Positions 11,201 to 22,226 of a stretch of DNA of 64,000 bases are shown in pieces. Positions within the stretch are counted from its first letter, which is position 1. Each line of letters starts with the position of its first letter. The stretch is from Epithemia pelagica. Taxonomy: Eukaryota; Protista; Bacillariophyta. The stretch covers positions 2,666,001-2,730,000 of the forward strand of contig OX337242.1 of NCBI GenBank assembly GCA_946965045.2, read 5' to 3'. Position numbers and translations under genes: made by a program. The notes beneath the pieces were generated by a model. That model worked only from the letters and a program-made list of their open reading frames with translations. It had not been told where the DNA came from and made no database searches.

Positions 11201-13471
11201 ACGTCAGCAACCTTAATTCAGTGCAGATGGCGGACCGCCCTAAGCATACAACAACTACGCCGATGCACTGCTTGTGTGTGTACAATCCAATCTGCGTGGA
11301 GGGGACATTTAGCAGTCGTAGAATACACGAAAATGCACCGCAACAGAGCGGTTTGTATCACTCGAATTCAATGTTTGTTCAGAGGGTTCATGGCCAAGAA
11401 ACGATACGAGGAGCATCGGTGTGCCACAATCAGAATTCAACGACGGTGGCGGCGCTTCCAATCTCTGGTTCAGCTCGATGCGGCAACGCGTATTCAATCC
11501 CATGTACGATCGCTTCAATGTCGGGAAGACATGCGCACGCGTCAAGATGCCAGTCGTGTCATCCAGCGTTGGACAACGGCTTATTTGAGAAGCCACCAGC
11601 AAAATCGATTGGAACACGATGATCAAAATCGACGTCTCCAAAGGCAATTGATAAGCGGGTTCGGCACAGCAACATATCAATGGGAGCGCACCCTAGAACT
11701 CTGTATTACTCTTCAAGCAGCTGTTCGTTGCTTCTTGGCGCGCAAAAGTTTTCTGGCTGTGCTTGCTGGAATGGCTCAAAGAACCTTGCGTGCGGGGACG
11801 GTTCTGTGTCTTTCTCAATATGAACTCCGTCATCAAGCAGCCGATTTCGTACCAGCTCAGGCCCTTTGGCGACAGTATCGATTGCGTTGTCGTTATTTGA
11901 GCACACTACAGGCTATCTTGTTAATACAGCGATGGTGGCGATCGCATTTGATGACGGAAACAGTGGCTGTCGGAGAAACGGCGTTGATAGTTTTGCAGTC
12001 TTTGGCTCGTTCCAAGCGTTGTCGCACCGAGTTTCAAACTCAGAAGCGTGCGACAAGAACCATTCAAAAGTGTTGGCACAGATTTCAGCGAACTATGCAG
12101 AATGTTCCTTCAACATCGTCCATGAAGCAATGTGAGGAAAGCGATGATTTGAAGTCTGCGGAAAATGGTCTAGTGAACCCCACCAATCTTACACATGATG
12201 CAATGACTCACAGTGAGGCCTCTAACGGCGTCTCTTTGGTGGATGACCTCGTCGATAATACACCCGATATGGCATCCTCGAATACACTACACTTTACCAA
12301 AGACCTGGAGATGGACCGATCCACGGAGTCAGAAGCCTTGTCAAGACACGTGGATCCTTCTACTGCTGCTCCTCTGAGTTATGGTTCACGGGAGTCTTCC
12401 TTCCAGAAACACGATTCAGAGTTGGAGCAAAGTGAACTGTCGGTGTCAGCCCATCGAGCCTTGCTTGGTCATTCTGAACAGAGAGAATTGAATCATGATC
12501 TAGCCGCTCGTCGCATTTGTCGCGTCTACATTGTGTGGAAGATCAAGATTCTGCTTGTACAGCTCCAGTGCGCGTTAGTTCTATTGAAACGCGGCATATC
12601 AGGAAATGTTTCCAAGTATACAACAATGGCTCTCGTCTTGGTGAATGCCTTTGTGCGTGGTAGTGCCATCATGAAACGCATACGAACAGCTCCTTCCCAA
12701 ATCATGCCAATGAGCACCTACCAAAAGATTTCCGCAATTTGGGACTCTGGAGTTGCCGAGTTAAAGGTATTTGCTGCGACCGTGATTCAAACTATGGTAC
12801 GATCTTCTCGTGCAGTGAAGAAGCAACGCAACTTGGCTACAGTTCTACTACAGTGCTGGGTTAGAAGTTGGCTGGCCAGACACAAGAGGATGATCATGAT
12901 TCAAGCACATACAGCCGCCAGGATGGAACAGAAAACGAGTTGTGCGGTCAAGATCCAGGCAACCTGGAGAGGATTTACAGTTCGAAAGCTCGCCGTCGTC
13001 GAGGCACCAGACGGTGAGCACGAATCATTCTTTTCGGCATCGTCCTCACCGGATGTAGCTAGCAAGTCTTGCTCGACTGTCATGGATGGAAGTGAACATA
13101 AAATGGCCGATTGTGGCGAGGTAACCGTGCCGTTGGCCGAAACGGCGGATTCGTGCGACACTACTAGTCCCGAGTATCAAAAAGGTGTCGAGATGCTTCA
13201 AGACTTTTTTGAACATGCCCAAAGGGCTCAAGAAGAAGAACGCCGGGAACGGGAACGAGTCACTGCATGGTTTTTGCAACGGTTGGAGGTACTGGCCGAA
13301 CAAACGACCCAGGATTTGTTGCAGCAACAACAACACCGACCGGAAACAGGAGGTGGCACCTATTGCCAGTCGGTCCACCGATTGGCCGCGCGAGCGCGAT
13401 CGGTCACACAACAAGTACAACGAATTCGGCAGCAGCAGGAACAGCAGCCTTTGCACAACACATCCAGTTGA
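5276..13471 (+). CDS. Giant single-exon IQ-motif (calmodulin-binding) repeat protein, ASPM-like IQ array, ~2730 aa
   Basis: Uninterrupted 8.2-kb ORF, first ATG at 5276. About 60 IQ-like [ILV]Q.WWR/WYR motifs by manual count follow ~900 aa of S/P/Q/T-rich sequence. No CH domain recognised. Confidence 0.88.
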   Translation: MGFAGRKKRQGKSLPIPNTTTTDQATSRSSSPSSAFWKAALSNTNTKKSNPEGAAAASRTTGTGATTNHHHQKRNLKQVAPLPSPPSPPQPANGQQRPSRHSPRAASTAAASPHMATNNDDDKDHKQKKKPSNHAAVPPPDGLVLLVSSSSSASSSSLLSPSPQRRNHMATAAAAPESASSPQQPRSSNHLIFSATELAAFDDDHDAPNDEQQAVDWWEVDDTSTLASSVMEHQTTAKTPLVLKASATLTTPQPPPPPPSSSVVDQPDATPVLRNPPRSRSRSNTVAKQQQTTPQPPPRVSVIGSPQDFLPNRNRQGRRPATEGRPQRPMTSSASLWETGHRRPQSQSIQRGGGRPSSTRSARTTLSRTTGRRHDLPGNYYVSSPAAKSSSSSVFDRLYQDAQIRRQRHATRQQQQQQDERQQLRSSRRWRHEPQGDHSVVSSLPSASMRMSPSVSSSRGVRPSSRNQHAQPQPPLPTPSSPEDRRRCREAAHLFFFGGGPTASWDATEGSVQDSAYSSRFDKLYANEYETSASKYQPQHEAASQSVASGQESALSRRVNYRPSPIQQHHPIPLRPHRTTMTTPNEGTTSSNTIPQKSSNSTLPQAAAAPPWCSPSAASTSRAAAVGPTVPGPGGEFISQQHPGTTTDNGRTKMKREEKPTVVAAHAIQRWWRRQEQCHRRVTEQPVSSPPMDEFAKWKQLQTDWFRHVVVSEDSEETADELLPQPPTSPNAALSTDRQPQPQQALLESPPTPPHQQLPLHVDTARSTMATTTTTTTPTQSPAVAKLAARLSSSGGSGGSGKRKVHTVDSSRELQWQELQRGWSSLSATASSTRSEPCDGPQDQRTANKGLPIQQHEENHRQEENQTEGVPSHQMDKKECPLEISAIIRLQSWWRTKHEVERYQGRLVALQRLQMWWRHCLPGRLSAIRVQSWWRCVRNERQFQGHCAAIMCLQAWWRTVRQRSLYQGLRVAVVCLQAFVRCRLLVQRYKRHGHATQNVQQWYRHVQQETRRKNEAGKLLQAWWRRTKELERSRGRDIASTRVQTWFRGQWWKRQYQGKRRAVVQIQAWWRRRVQEVRDYQRMDSAVTRIQRWYQCVCSQQRYRGYRQAVILVQTFWRHVSLDRRQRRMNVAATTVQSWFRRARSQQRYQGQRLAVIRLQTWYRQRHAVRHGQRMDVAAVVLQSSYRGIHFYRRYQRKRLAVLQLQGWWRRLRTMARERVQKCDEAATVVQSRYRGGRAYQSYHKHRLAVLFLQSWWRGACVLRQQRRMDTAVVVVQTWYRQVYAHRKYQQQRLAVRRIQFWCRHLISARQKRRMASTALVVQTWYRQASVYRKYQAHHHAVLVAQNWWRHIHQQRLKCSATVLQSWYRRIRSERRYRGLLLAVLRLQSWCRAMIMAQQKKRRDVAATTLQLWYRGVHVRQVYQGKRLAILKLQSWGRRMCDAHRKEEEQQRRSSSICMIQSWYRQIQCCQSYNEKRQAVVRIQALYRQLNEVRLYRKMILASVIIQNWWRAFHIAVARRTHATHRIQRWWRHSVDIMKNERKRLACALVISTQWRQYRAQRQFQRIQVATDMLQRWWRCVHLSARFKSFVRAIKLMQFWWRAQILRKKQLQARDAANCIQRQWLRTIRRRHRVQLAAIRLVQRTWRRKRKDQVLSAAATRVQTWWRRAQNVFRFIRTRALVSALQSFWRMYTQRRSYRDMLLSALVVQSWWRLELRKSLSRQIAASRIQVCWRFYDAEIKHKRLQYTSMVRIQSLVRKKIAMRHLQRSRAAATFIQHRWRKLLRLLQIMRLHSIIRIQSLWRKETCHHFYQKQRCAAICLKDWLRFRYQHRLRRQCSTLLLQSWWRRLSAKHAYEKAQSAVISIQSWWRQVLAMLEAHSRRKTLQSVTLIQNCWRSFHSIMVQRQAAAVLISASWRRVQARRLARQAIHACVKLQSWRRSMTAAASFRRIQVATIVSQSRVRMRYAARKFQHYRTSATLIQCRWRTALSIQQLRRCTACVCTIQSAWRGHLAVVEYTKMHRNRAVCITRIQCLFRGFMAKKRYEEHRCATIRIQRRWRRFQSLVQLDAATRIQSHVRSLQCREDMRTRQDASRVIQRWTTAYLRSHQQNRLEHDDQNRRLQRQLISGFGTATYQWERTLELCITLQAAVRCFLARKSFLAVLAGMAQRTLRAGTVLCLSQYELRHQAADFVPAQALWRQYRLRCRYLSTLQAILLIQRWWRSHLMTETVAVGETALIVLQSLARSKRCRTEFQTQKRATRTIQKCWHRFQRTMQNVPSTSSMKQCEESDDLKSAENGLVNPTNLTHDAMTHSEASNGVSLVDDLVDNTPDMASSNTLHFTKDLEMDRSTESEALSRHVDPSTAAPLSYGSRESSFQKHDSELEQSELSVSAHRALLGHSEQRELNHDLAARRICRVYIVWKIKILLVQLQCALVLLKRGISGNVSKYTTMALVLVNAFVRGSAIMKRIRTAPSQIMPMSTYQKISAIWDSGVAELKVFAATVIQTMVRSSRAVKKQRNLATVLLQCWVRSWLARHKRMIMIQAHTAARMEQKTSCAVKIQATWRGFTVRKLAVVEAPDGEHESFFSASSSPDVASKSCSTVMDGSEHKMADCGEVTVPLAETADSCDTTSPEYQKGVEMLQDFFEHAQRAQEEERRERERVTAWFLQRLEVLAEQTTQDLLQQQQHRPETGGGTYCQSVHRLAARARSVTQQVQRIRQQQEQQPLHNTSS

Positions 13472-14488
13472 ATCTGTGCACATGAGATATAGACAAACGA
13501 CTGTCCTGTGTGTTATTCGTTGCGACAAGTCCTGTCACGTAGTAGAAATGGGTGTGTCACAACGACTGAGCACATGTGGATGGATTTACGTGTTTCCTGA
13601 ACTTACGAAGGTACTTTTGGTTCCAGTTGTTGACACGAGGACCACGACGGCGGCGACGAGGACGAGGAAACCATGGCGCGTGGCAAGTGGCAAGGAGGAA
13701 TGACCTGGGTAAGTAGTAGTTATCACTGGCAGGACAAATTAATCATGACTTGATCTACGACCACATGGTCATTTTGGAATGGTCGTTTGTACCTACAACC
13801 GGTAGACCTGTAAATAGTGGTTTCACCTCTGTGCGGTCAGGAGTCAACGATCAAGAAAAGTGGCTAGTGGCTATGGACCACTCTCGTCGAACTAGCAAAG
13901 ATAGACTATGCGCGACTGCATCGCCCCTCCGAAATAAATTCCCTGCCAGAATTGGGTCATTCTGGGGGATAAGATAACTTAAATAGAGGCTCCGATAGGA
14001 AGACCTTGCTGAGATAGTTCGTATTGCTCCATGTCACTCTTATTATGATATAGCCCCGGCCGAAAGATTCTCCGCAACGAGGAACTTTTCTAGTTGAATA
14101 CATAATGAATGCTTCTTGGGCCTTCAAGATCGTGGTAGACGAAGTTCGCCGTGTGCTCACCCGTGGCTTCACACACCGAGATCTCCGTACTACTTCTTCT
14201 TGCGTCACCAGTCACCATCATTCGAAAACGCAAACCAACCGATATATTGGCCATTCACAATTCGGCAACCACTTTTTTGTTTCTCAGACTGTTGGGAAGG
14301 TTTCGAAACACAACGACCAACACATAAACACTGGAGAGGCACACCCAATTGACGACCAAGTCCAACGCAGCTGTCAACCACAAGAACAAGAAAAACAGGA
14401 GCAAGAGCAAGAGCAAGAGCAAGAGCAAGTGAGTGAGAGAGAGGAAAACAACAACAACGAGCTGTATAGTCGATTCAAACTACACAAT

Positions 14489-17400
14489 ATGATGGCGAGT
14501 ACCAATCTCATGGTTCGTCAGAATAGTCATTTGTTCCGTCATGGCCTGAGTGACGACGAGCAGGAACCGGATCTCTCGGAACGAAATCCACTTGGCGGAT
14601 ACCTGTCGGATGAGGATGATGACGAGAATGTCAATCCCGATTCCTCCTCCTCGTCGTCGTCCCCCCATCGAGATGGAGCAGGGGGTGGTGGCACCTCGTC
14701 TTCCATTACCACATCGCAAAATGATGGTGGACCAAATGGTGGTCGCGATGAAGTGCACGAAATCAAAAAGTTGATTCAAGACGAAACGGCCTCGGTTCGT
14801 CGATGGCGTTGGGTTGTGGTCATGGCCATGCTTGTCGTGTCCGCTACCGTCACAACGGCCACGTATTGGTTTTTGGAACAAGAAGAAACCAGTGATTTTG
14901 AAACGTCGGTACGTATATACGATGTGTCCAAGAAGCATCGTCGAATGTTTCTCGGCTCTTGTCGTTGGGGAGAAAGACTCTGATAATGGTTCTTCTTGTT
15001 CCTTTGTCGTTTGTTTCCAGTTTCAACAATTTGCCACCACCATTGTGGAATCGTCGCAATTTAGTGCCACCACGATTCGAAGTACGTGCAGTGACTTTGC
15101 CGATTTTGTCACGTCCGGAGCCTTGCAAGACAATGCCACGTGGCCCTTTTATACCATTCCCAATTGGTCCGTCCGCGCTGCCAACTTGTTGCGACAAACG
15201 GAATCCTTTGGCACGTGGATTGCTCCCGAAGTACCGACGCGGGACTTGTCTCCTCAATGGACGCAATACGTCTTGGCCAATGCCGGGTGGTATCAAGGGC
15301 CGCCCTTTGTTCCGGCCATCTTTTACCTATTTAATGGCAGCCTTGCATTTGACTTGGATCGTGACGGGCCCTATCGACCCATTTGGCAAATTTATCCCCT
15401 TTCAGCAGTTATCAACAACGATTTGACCACACGGCCAGTAACCAAAGCCAATGTCGACAACGCCAATGAGTTGCAAGAAGGACTAGTCGGTGGCTTGCTC
15501 AACAAAGCTGAGCTCGAGCCTGTGTTTCCACATGTAAACAACTTTACAGAGGATCCAAGGGAACCATTTGCTTCTTACTACCAACCAATTTTTGATTCTT
15601 TTGACGAATCATCTCGCAGAATCGTGGCCAACCTCCAGCTCTTTATTCGATGGGGGGTTTATTTTTCAGGAAAGTTACCGGATGGTGTGGAAGGAATAAA
15701 CTTGGTCTTGTCCAGCACTACCTGTAATGTCACATTCACCTGGGAACTTGTCGGTCGAAAGGCTGTATTTTTAAATGCTACCGATGTGCATGATACAGCC
15801 TATGACAGCCAAGTCATATCTTCACCCTTCAACACATATGAAAACATTGACTTGGCCAAGGAACTGGGGGTATGTTTCTATACCATTTCCATTTACCCGT
15901 CCTCGACCTTTGAAGATTCTTACCGGTCTCAAACTCCAATTGTTGTCACATGCATCGTCGGAGCTGTATTTTTCTCCATGATGGCCGCCTTTTTGGCCTA
16001 TGACAATTTCCAGCGCAAACGAAATATCAAGGTCGTGGCCAATGCCGCCAAATCCAATGCTTTGGTCACATCCTTGTTTCCGAACAATGTTCGTGATCGA
16101 CTTCTCATGATGGACGAGCCAAACGAAGGGACAGAGCAACAGGGTTTCCTCCAGGAGCCACATCCTGCAGGGCAGCATAAATCCACGAAGGGTAGTCACG
16201 CCTTTTTCAAAACTAATCGTGGGCAGCTCAAAACTTATGTGGATGGAGGCAAGAGGAATCCTGGTAGCCAACTGGAGGATGGTACAGAAGTTGGAGACAA
16301 CCATACTAACAGCAAACCCATTGCCGATCTCTTTTTGGAAACCACCATTCTGTTTGCCGATATTACAGGCTTTACCGCCTGGTCCTCGGTGCGGGAACCC
16401 TCCCAAGTCTTTACCCTGTTGGAAACAGTCTTTTCCGCCTTGGATCACATTGCGCTCAAGCGACGCATTTTCAAGGTCGAAACCGTGGGGGATTGCTACG
16501 TCGCCGTGTCCGGTCTCCCAGAACCCCGCAAGGACCACGCCATTGTCATGGCACGGTTTGCGCGGGATACCGTCCTGACGGTACGACAAGTGGTGAAACG
16601 ATTGGAATTGTCCTTGGGTCCCGACACCGGAGATTTGGGGGTCCGGATTGGATTGCACAGTGGAGTTGGTACGTTTGTTTTTTGTGTGTGTGCGTGCGTG
16701 TATGAAATTGGATGGGTTCCAACTAACCGTTTCCCATCATCTCCGGTATGGCAGTGACGGCTGGTGTCCTTCGAGGTGAACGTGCCCGATTCCAATTGTT
16801 TGGAGATACAGTCAACACAACGGTACGTGAATGGTCAAAACGCACCACTACAATGTCTTGTTCGATACTCTCATCTCCCAGAACACACAACGCCATTCTC
16901 ATTTGGTTTCCTCAACAATATAGGCACGCATTGAAAGCACGGGCGCCCGAAACCGGATCCACGCTTCCAAGGAAACGGCGGATTTATTGACTGCCGCGGG
17001 AAAAGGACACTGGGTCAGGCCTCGCCGAGATTTGGTATCCGCCAAGGGAAAGGGCACGATGCAAACATACTGGGTTGAGATTAATCAAAACAATAATCCC
17101 AATACCGGAACGACAGCATCGGGAACTGCCTCAACGTCGTCTTCAGACAAGAACAAGAGCGACGAAGATGATGAGAAGGATTTGCTATGGGCCGATGCAG
17201 AAGTTACCAACAGCAAGACAGACCGTTTGATTGATTGGCAAATGGATGTCTGCTCACGACTGCTTCGACAAGTGGTGGCGCGTCGCTTGGATAACAGTAC
17301 CAAGAGATTGACCGACGCCACCTCTCGTCGATCCGTGGTACAGGATCCACCACGTTCCAAGCGGTTGACAACAGGATCGGGGAAAACTTGTTTGGATGAA

Positions 17401-18768
17401 GTCAAGGAGATAATTTACTTGCCCGACTTTGAAGAAGGCGCGGCCCGGCGTATTGAACACAATCCAGATGAAATTGATTTGGGACAAAATGTTATGGAAC
17501 AGCTTCGGTCATTTATCAATGCCATTGCCCTACTCTATCATCCGAACGACTTTCACAATTTTGAACATGCCTGTCACGTCACCATGTCTGTGACCAAACT
17601 GCTGTCCCGTATCGTTAAACCTGCCGACTTGACCTTTGACGATGGAGCCACGCAAGAAAGCAATAGTAGTGCTCAAACGGAAAGCTTTCGGATTGCAGCG
17701 ACACTTCATGAGCGCACCTATGGTATTACATCCGATCCCTTGACTCAGTTTTCCCTGGTCTTTTCCGCCATGATTCACGACGCGGACCATACCGGAGTGC
17801 CCAACGCTACCTTGATCCAGGAAGACGCCTTGTTGGCTCGCGCGTATCACAACAAGAGTGTCGCCGAACAGAATTCGATTCATCTGGCATGGGATCTTCT
17901 TCAACAAGACCACTTTCGTGACCTTCGTGCTACAATTTACTCAACAAATGCCGAATTCGAACGATTCCGTCAGCTTGTGGTCCAGGTACGTATGATTCAT
18001 GAGGACACATTGTGTGTACCACAATCGTCGTCATGAGGGTTCGCACTCACATGCGGTGTTGCTTTTGGTATATTTGTAGACGGTTCTGGCGACGGACATT
18101 GTAGATCAAGAACTCAAAGCTCTTCGCAATGCCCGTTGGGATCACGCGTTTGAGGAAAAAGATCGTGAAGAGAGTCCCCGGGATACCCTGAATCGCAAGG
18201 CAACGATTGTGATTGAGCACTTGATTCAAGCATCGGATGTAGCACATACTATGCAACATTGGTACGTACAAGTGATTGCAACAGGTTTTTTTTCGAGATT
18301 AACCAACGTTTGGTACACTTGTCATTTCTCACGAATCGATTGTTCGTTTGTCTCAGGCATGTGTATCGTAAGTGGAATGAAAACTTTTTTCGTGAGTGCT
18401 ACCATGCCTACAAGGCTGGTCGTGCCCAGACGGATCCTTCCATCAATTGGTACAAGGGTGAATTGGGATTTTTTGACTTTTATATCATTCCCTTGGCCAA
18501 GAAATTGAAAAAGTGTGGTGTCTTTGGTGTCTCCAGTGACGAATATTTGAATTATGCCTTGACGAATCGTCAAGAATGGCAAGATCGCGGAAAGGAAGTG
18601 GTGGAAGAAATGCTTCATGCCATTCAGCGTCGAAACAGTACTGTAGCGGAGGGTATCGCCTCTTCCATGCAACGAATTGAGGAGGATGACGACAAGAGCG
18701 AGGCAGGGGGAGGAGCCGGAGCAGCAGAAGTATTTCTGGATGACGGCATGGTTGCGGAAGAACATTGA
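14489..18768 (+). CDS. Membrane class III nucleotide cyclase fused to an HD-type cyclic-nucleotide phosphodiesterase. Exons 14489-14908, 15021-16668, 16755-16822, 16924-17985, 18080-18261, 18357-18768
   Basis: Two TM helices flank an extracellular region. Cyclase motifs: ILFADITGFT, KVETVGDCYVAVSG, RIGLHSG, RFQLFGDTVNT. PDE motifs: FHNFEHACHV, HDADHTG, LATDI, ASDVAH. Five GT-AG introns of 86-112 nt splice in frame. Confidence 0.93.
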
Positions 18769-19451
18769 ACAGTCCAAAAGAGATTGGGGAAGAGACAAGT
18801 CGGATGCTATGGAGAAAAGCCAACGTTTGTTTCGAAACATAGTGTCGAAACATAATTTCTAAACAATTATAGGAAAGTCCTCCTCATTGTACATATTTTT
18901 CGTCACATAGTCGCATAGAATTTTCCAACTCATTCACCACAGCGATTGCCTAAATGCCCAAATCTGAGACGTAACCATTACTGTTCCTTCATTCGACCAA
19001 AAGCTGTTGGCGTCGTCCTGTTGAAACCGGACAACAAAACCGGTGGCCCATGCAATACCAGGTTGGTTCCTGCACATCCTACATCATCCCACCGATCCAA
19101 TCCAATCTTATCTGATCCTCCTTCACATCCTCTTTGTGGTCTTGTGCGACTATCTATTCGTCTTGGTCCATGGAGGACTGCTGATACCACAACACGTTTC
19201 TATTTCTCTAGCTAGATATACAACCGCACTTGGTCCCGGCCATTGCTTCAGTTCCTCTACTAGGAGCTACATTTCGCAGTAGCGACGCGACATGCGACAC
19301 CCAACACCCAATCGGAACTCTCTACCCTCGATGTGGAATCGCTTTTGTCTTGTGTCTTTTCGCTGGACCAACAGAATTCTCAAGTAAAAAAGTCACAGGG
19401 ATTGTCACGCACGTTGTCACACACCTGTCTGACTGCACACCAAGGTCGGTG

Positions 19452-19452
<1 letters not shown>

Positions 19453-19480
<28 letters not shown>
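19453..19480. repeat. (GTCT)7 microsatellite
   Basis: Direct reading. Confidence 0.95.
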
Positions 19481-19482
<2 letters not shown>

Positions 19483-19911
19483 GATACACAGACTGACTGA
19501 CTGTCACACAGACACCCGCACGGACGAACATCGGTTATCGGCTGGCATCTCGCGTCTATTCCCTACCGAAAACATTGCTGTCACGAATGTCGTACGAGTA
19601 GGTTGGGGCTTGATGTTGTCTTGGGCCTTTTTGGCTCCCCAAAAGGTCTCGGCGTTTCTCCGTTCCTCGTGTTGTGGCCGTGTTGTGGTGGTGCAATTAT
19701 TGTCGTTCCAGTGTATTTGTTGTGGGTGTTGGCTGTCGATTCCTTTCGGTTTTGTTTCTACGACTCCTCGGTTGCTTGCTTAGTATCGTCTTGCTCTTTT
19801 TCCCTCGGTGTCTTTTTGTGGCTGCTGCAAGACTCTCTCTTTGTTCCGTTTGGCAAATTCCTCGCGCGGTTCTTCTTTTCTTTTTCCCTCTCGGTGTGGT
19901 ACGTTGTTCTC

Positions 19912-20808
19912 ATGTCGTCTTCCACCACCGTCCCCTCGAGGCAAACCAACAAGAACCCGAAACAATCCTTGTGGCACGCCATTCAATCGCATCCCAAAAC
20001 GACAACAACGACCGCACGACGACGACGACAACAGCAAGAGAAACCCTTGCCCAAAACCCATGACTCCTCGTCTTCTTCGTCGTCGTCGTCTTCCTTGTCG
20101 GATGGATTGCATCCTCTTCCCAATCACAACAACAAGAGGAAGACGACGAACCAAGCCAACCAAAACCACGACCCCAACCAGCAGGACGACCCACTGAAAC
20201 AAGACAACACCAACACTCCCACTCCAAACAACAATAACAACCATAACAACAATACCTATTACATGCCGGCTCCGCCCCGGACCAAATCCAATGTGCAAGC
20301 CCGCGAAACCGTCGATGCCCATCGTCGTCATGAATTGCGACAGCGCATTCACGTCGAATTGATTCAACCCCTCAAGTCCTTGTTGCAGGAATTGGAGGAG
20401 CAAGCGACGGTCGTATTGCCGCAAACCTGGCAGGTGCATTCCGATCGAGCCCGGGCCCGACACGCCGAACTCCAGGACAATCGGACCGGAGTCCTGTTGA
20501 GTTTGCGCAAACGATATAAAGTGCACTGGCAATTACACCAGGGCGTGCCGCAAGCCATGGCCTATGTCCAAGATCAAATCAAGCAATTAAAGCATGCCAG
20601 TTCGACCAAAACGTCCTTGCCCAGTTCGGCCCTGCAACGATTGTTGACGACGGGCAATTTGGCACGATGGCAACAACGCGCGGCGCAACTCTGGCACCAT
20701 CCCGAAGAATCCTCGTCCTTTGCCATGCCGACCGATGACGAATTGATGCAAGCCTTTTTGCAAGAAGAACCAGAACAAGCTTGCCAGACCAAGGAGCAAC
20801 ACTCCTAA
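19912..20808 (+). CDS. Coiled-coil protein, Snf7/ESCRT-III-like core (tentative); paralogue of 1762..2583. Start uncertain (ORF open from 19603)
   Basis: VHSDRARARH...DNRTGVLLSLRK core and C-terminal TDDELMQAF; low-complexity N-terminus. Confidence 0.65.
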   Translation: MSSSTTVPSRQTNKNPKQSLWHAIQSHPKTTTTTARRRRQQQEKPLPKTHDSSSSSSSSSSLSDGLHPLPNHNNKRKTTNQANQNHDPNQQDDPLKQDNTNTPTPNNNNNHNNNTYYMPAPPRTKSNVQARETVDAHRRHELRQRIHVELIQPLKSLLQELEEQATVVLPQTWQVHSDRARARHAELQDNRTGVLLSLRKRYKVHWQLHQGVPQAMAYVQDQIKQLKHASSTKTSLPSSALQRLLTTGNLARWQQRAAQLWHHPEESSSFAMPTDDELMQAFLQEEPEQACQTKEQHS

Positions 20809-21287
20809 CAAACATGCATAGACAAATGGGGCAACCACGAACCACACCACCACCACTACCGCACTCGGAGAGAATATAGAGGGGACACCACGCCATCAAC
20901 GCATTCGTTCTTGTTTAGAAATAATAATAGTCTAGCTTGCAAGCGGGGAGAGAGAGAACACACACCACCAACCAACCAACCAGCAATGGTCCACCCATCT
21001 TGGTTGCATCCAGTGTTGGACATTCCCAGCAACGACACTGTCGTAGTAGGACGACTCAGTCACATCGATAGGAAACCTAGGTAGTACGTAGGACAGAAAC
21101 ATCAGGGAGATGGGGTAATCCTGAGCAGGTCGCTACCTTACCAGTCAGATACTGACTGTGACCTATAGGAGTTACCGAACGCTTTTTCTGAATAAAGAAC
21201 ACTCTAGCGACAAAAGATGATATACTGACTGCTAGTACTATTAAAACCCACCACCACCCGGTTCATAACCGCTACATATTTGTACTG

Positions 21288-22226
21288 CTAGTCATCTTCC
21301 ACTTCGATCTGAAACACTTTCGCCTCACCATTTTCAATCTTCATCTGAACCAGATTCACCACTGCTCCAAACACCTTGTGATGCCCATCCAGATCTCCTC
21401 TGTATTTCTCCTTTAAGATATTGTAATGTTTCAGTAAATTGTTGACAGTTTCATGTCTCGCCCTGGCATCAGCCATCATCTTGTCTTGATAGTCATTTCT
21501 TCCAGTAGGTGTGACAAAGTAGCATCCAGAATCGTTGTAACCACCATCAGCAATCACTTTCTCATTCGGTAGTAGCTCTTGAACAAGCCAGTCTCTGGCA
21601 ATCCGTAGGTCTGGCCAAGCGCCACAAGGGAATGCACCATTCCACCACACTATCCAGCCAGTTTTCAGGCAGATTCCCACCTCATACCTCACACCTGCTC
21701 CCTTAAACTTGTGCGAGTACCATTTTGGATCAAAAGGTGACGGTTCCAAAATCCTGAAGTCAGTGCCATCCAAACTAATGAAACAGACCTGTCCAGGTAC
21801 ACAACAATCAAACCTATTGTCCCATACAATCTGTTATAAGAACAACAGCAATGGTCAGATATGAGGAGGACGACTTCATGGCAAATTCATGTAGGGCCAT
21901 GTACTTACATAATTAAGACCACTACACAACAAATTTACAAACACTTTGACCCACTTCCTGTAGGTCTTCCTCGTTGTTTTGGCTATTGAGACCATAACAT
22001 CCTCTGTAGCATAGACTTTCAGAAAAGCCAATGTCCACAACAAATGACGAGGCGATGCACCTTTGGGCAATGAACTGTCCAGTTCATCCCACACATGAAC
22101 ACAGAGCAAAGGAGACATTCCAAAGTAAGAACGAAAAGCACGTGAGAAATCAAGTGAGTGTGAGTGTCTTGCTCTACCAAGCATTGGCAGAGCCAAGTTG
22201 ATGAATATTCGTTGTGTCACCAACAT
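21288..22226 (-). CDS. Harbinger/IS5-like DDE transposase (Harb-1), exons 22226..21909 and 21830..21288
   Basis: Motifs SLDGTDF, WYSHKF...RYEVG, IADGGY, RHETVNN. A 78-nt GTAAGT..CAG intron joins GLNY to IVWDNRF. Confidence 0.92.

Noticed and set aside
5088-13703. Numerous overlapping antisense and alternative-frame ORFs over the IQ gene (also over 45317-50950)
   Set aside because: Shadow ORFs expected from stop-poor, low-complexity coding sequence; no independent motifs
14814-16757. 647-aa ORF as a stand-alone gene
   Set aside because: It is exon 2 of the cyclase-PDE gene plus intronic read-through
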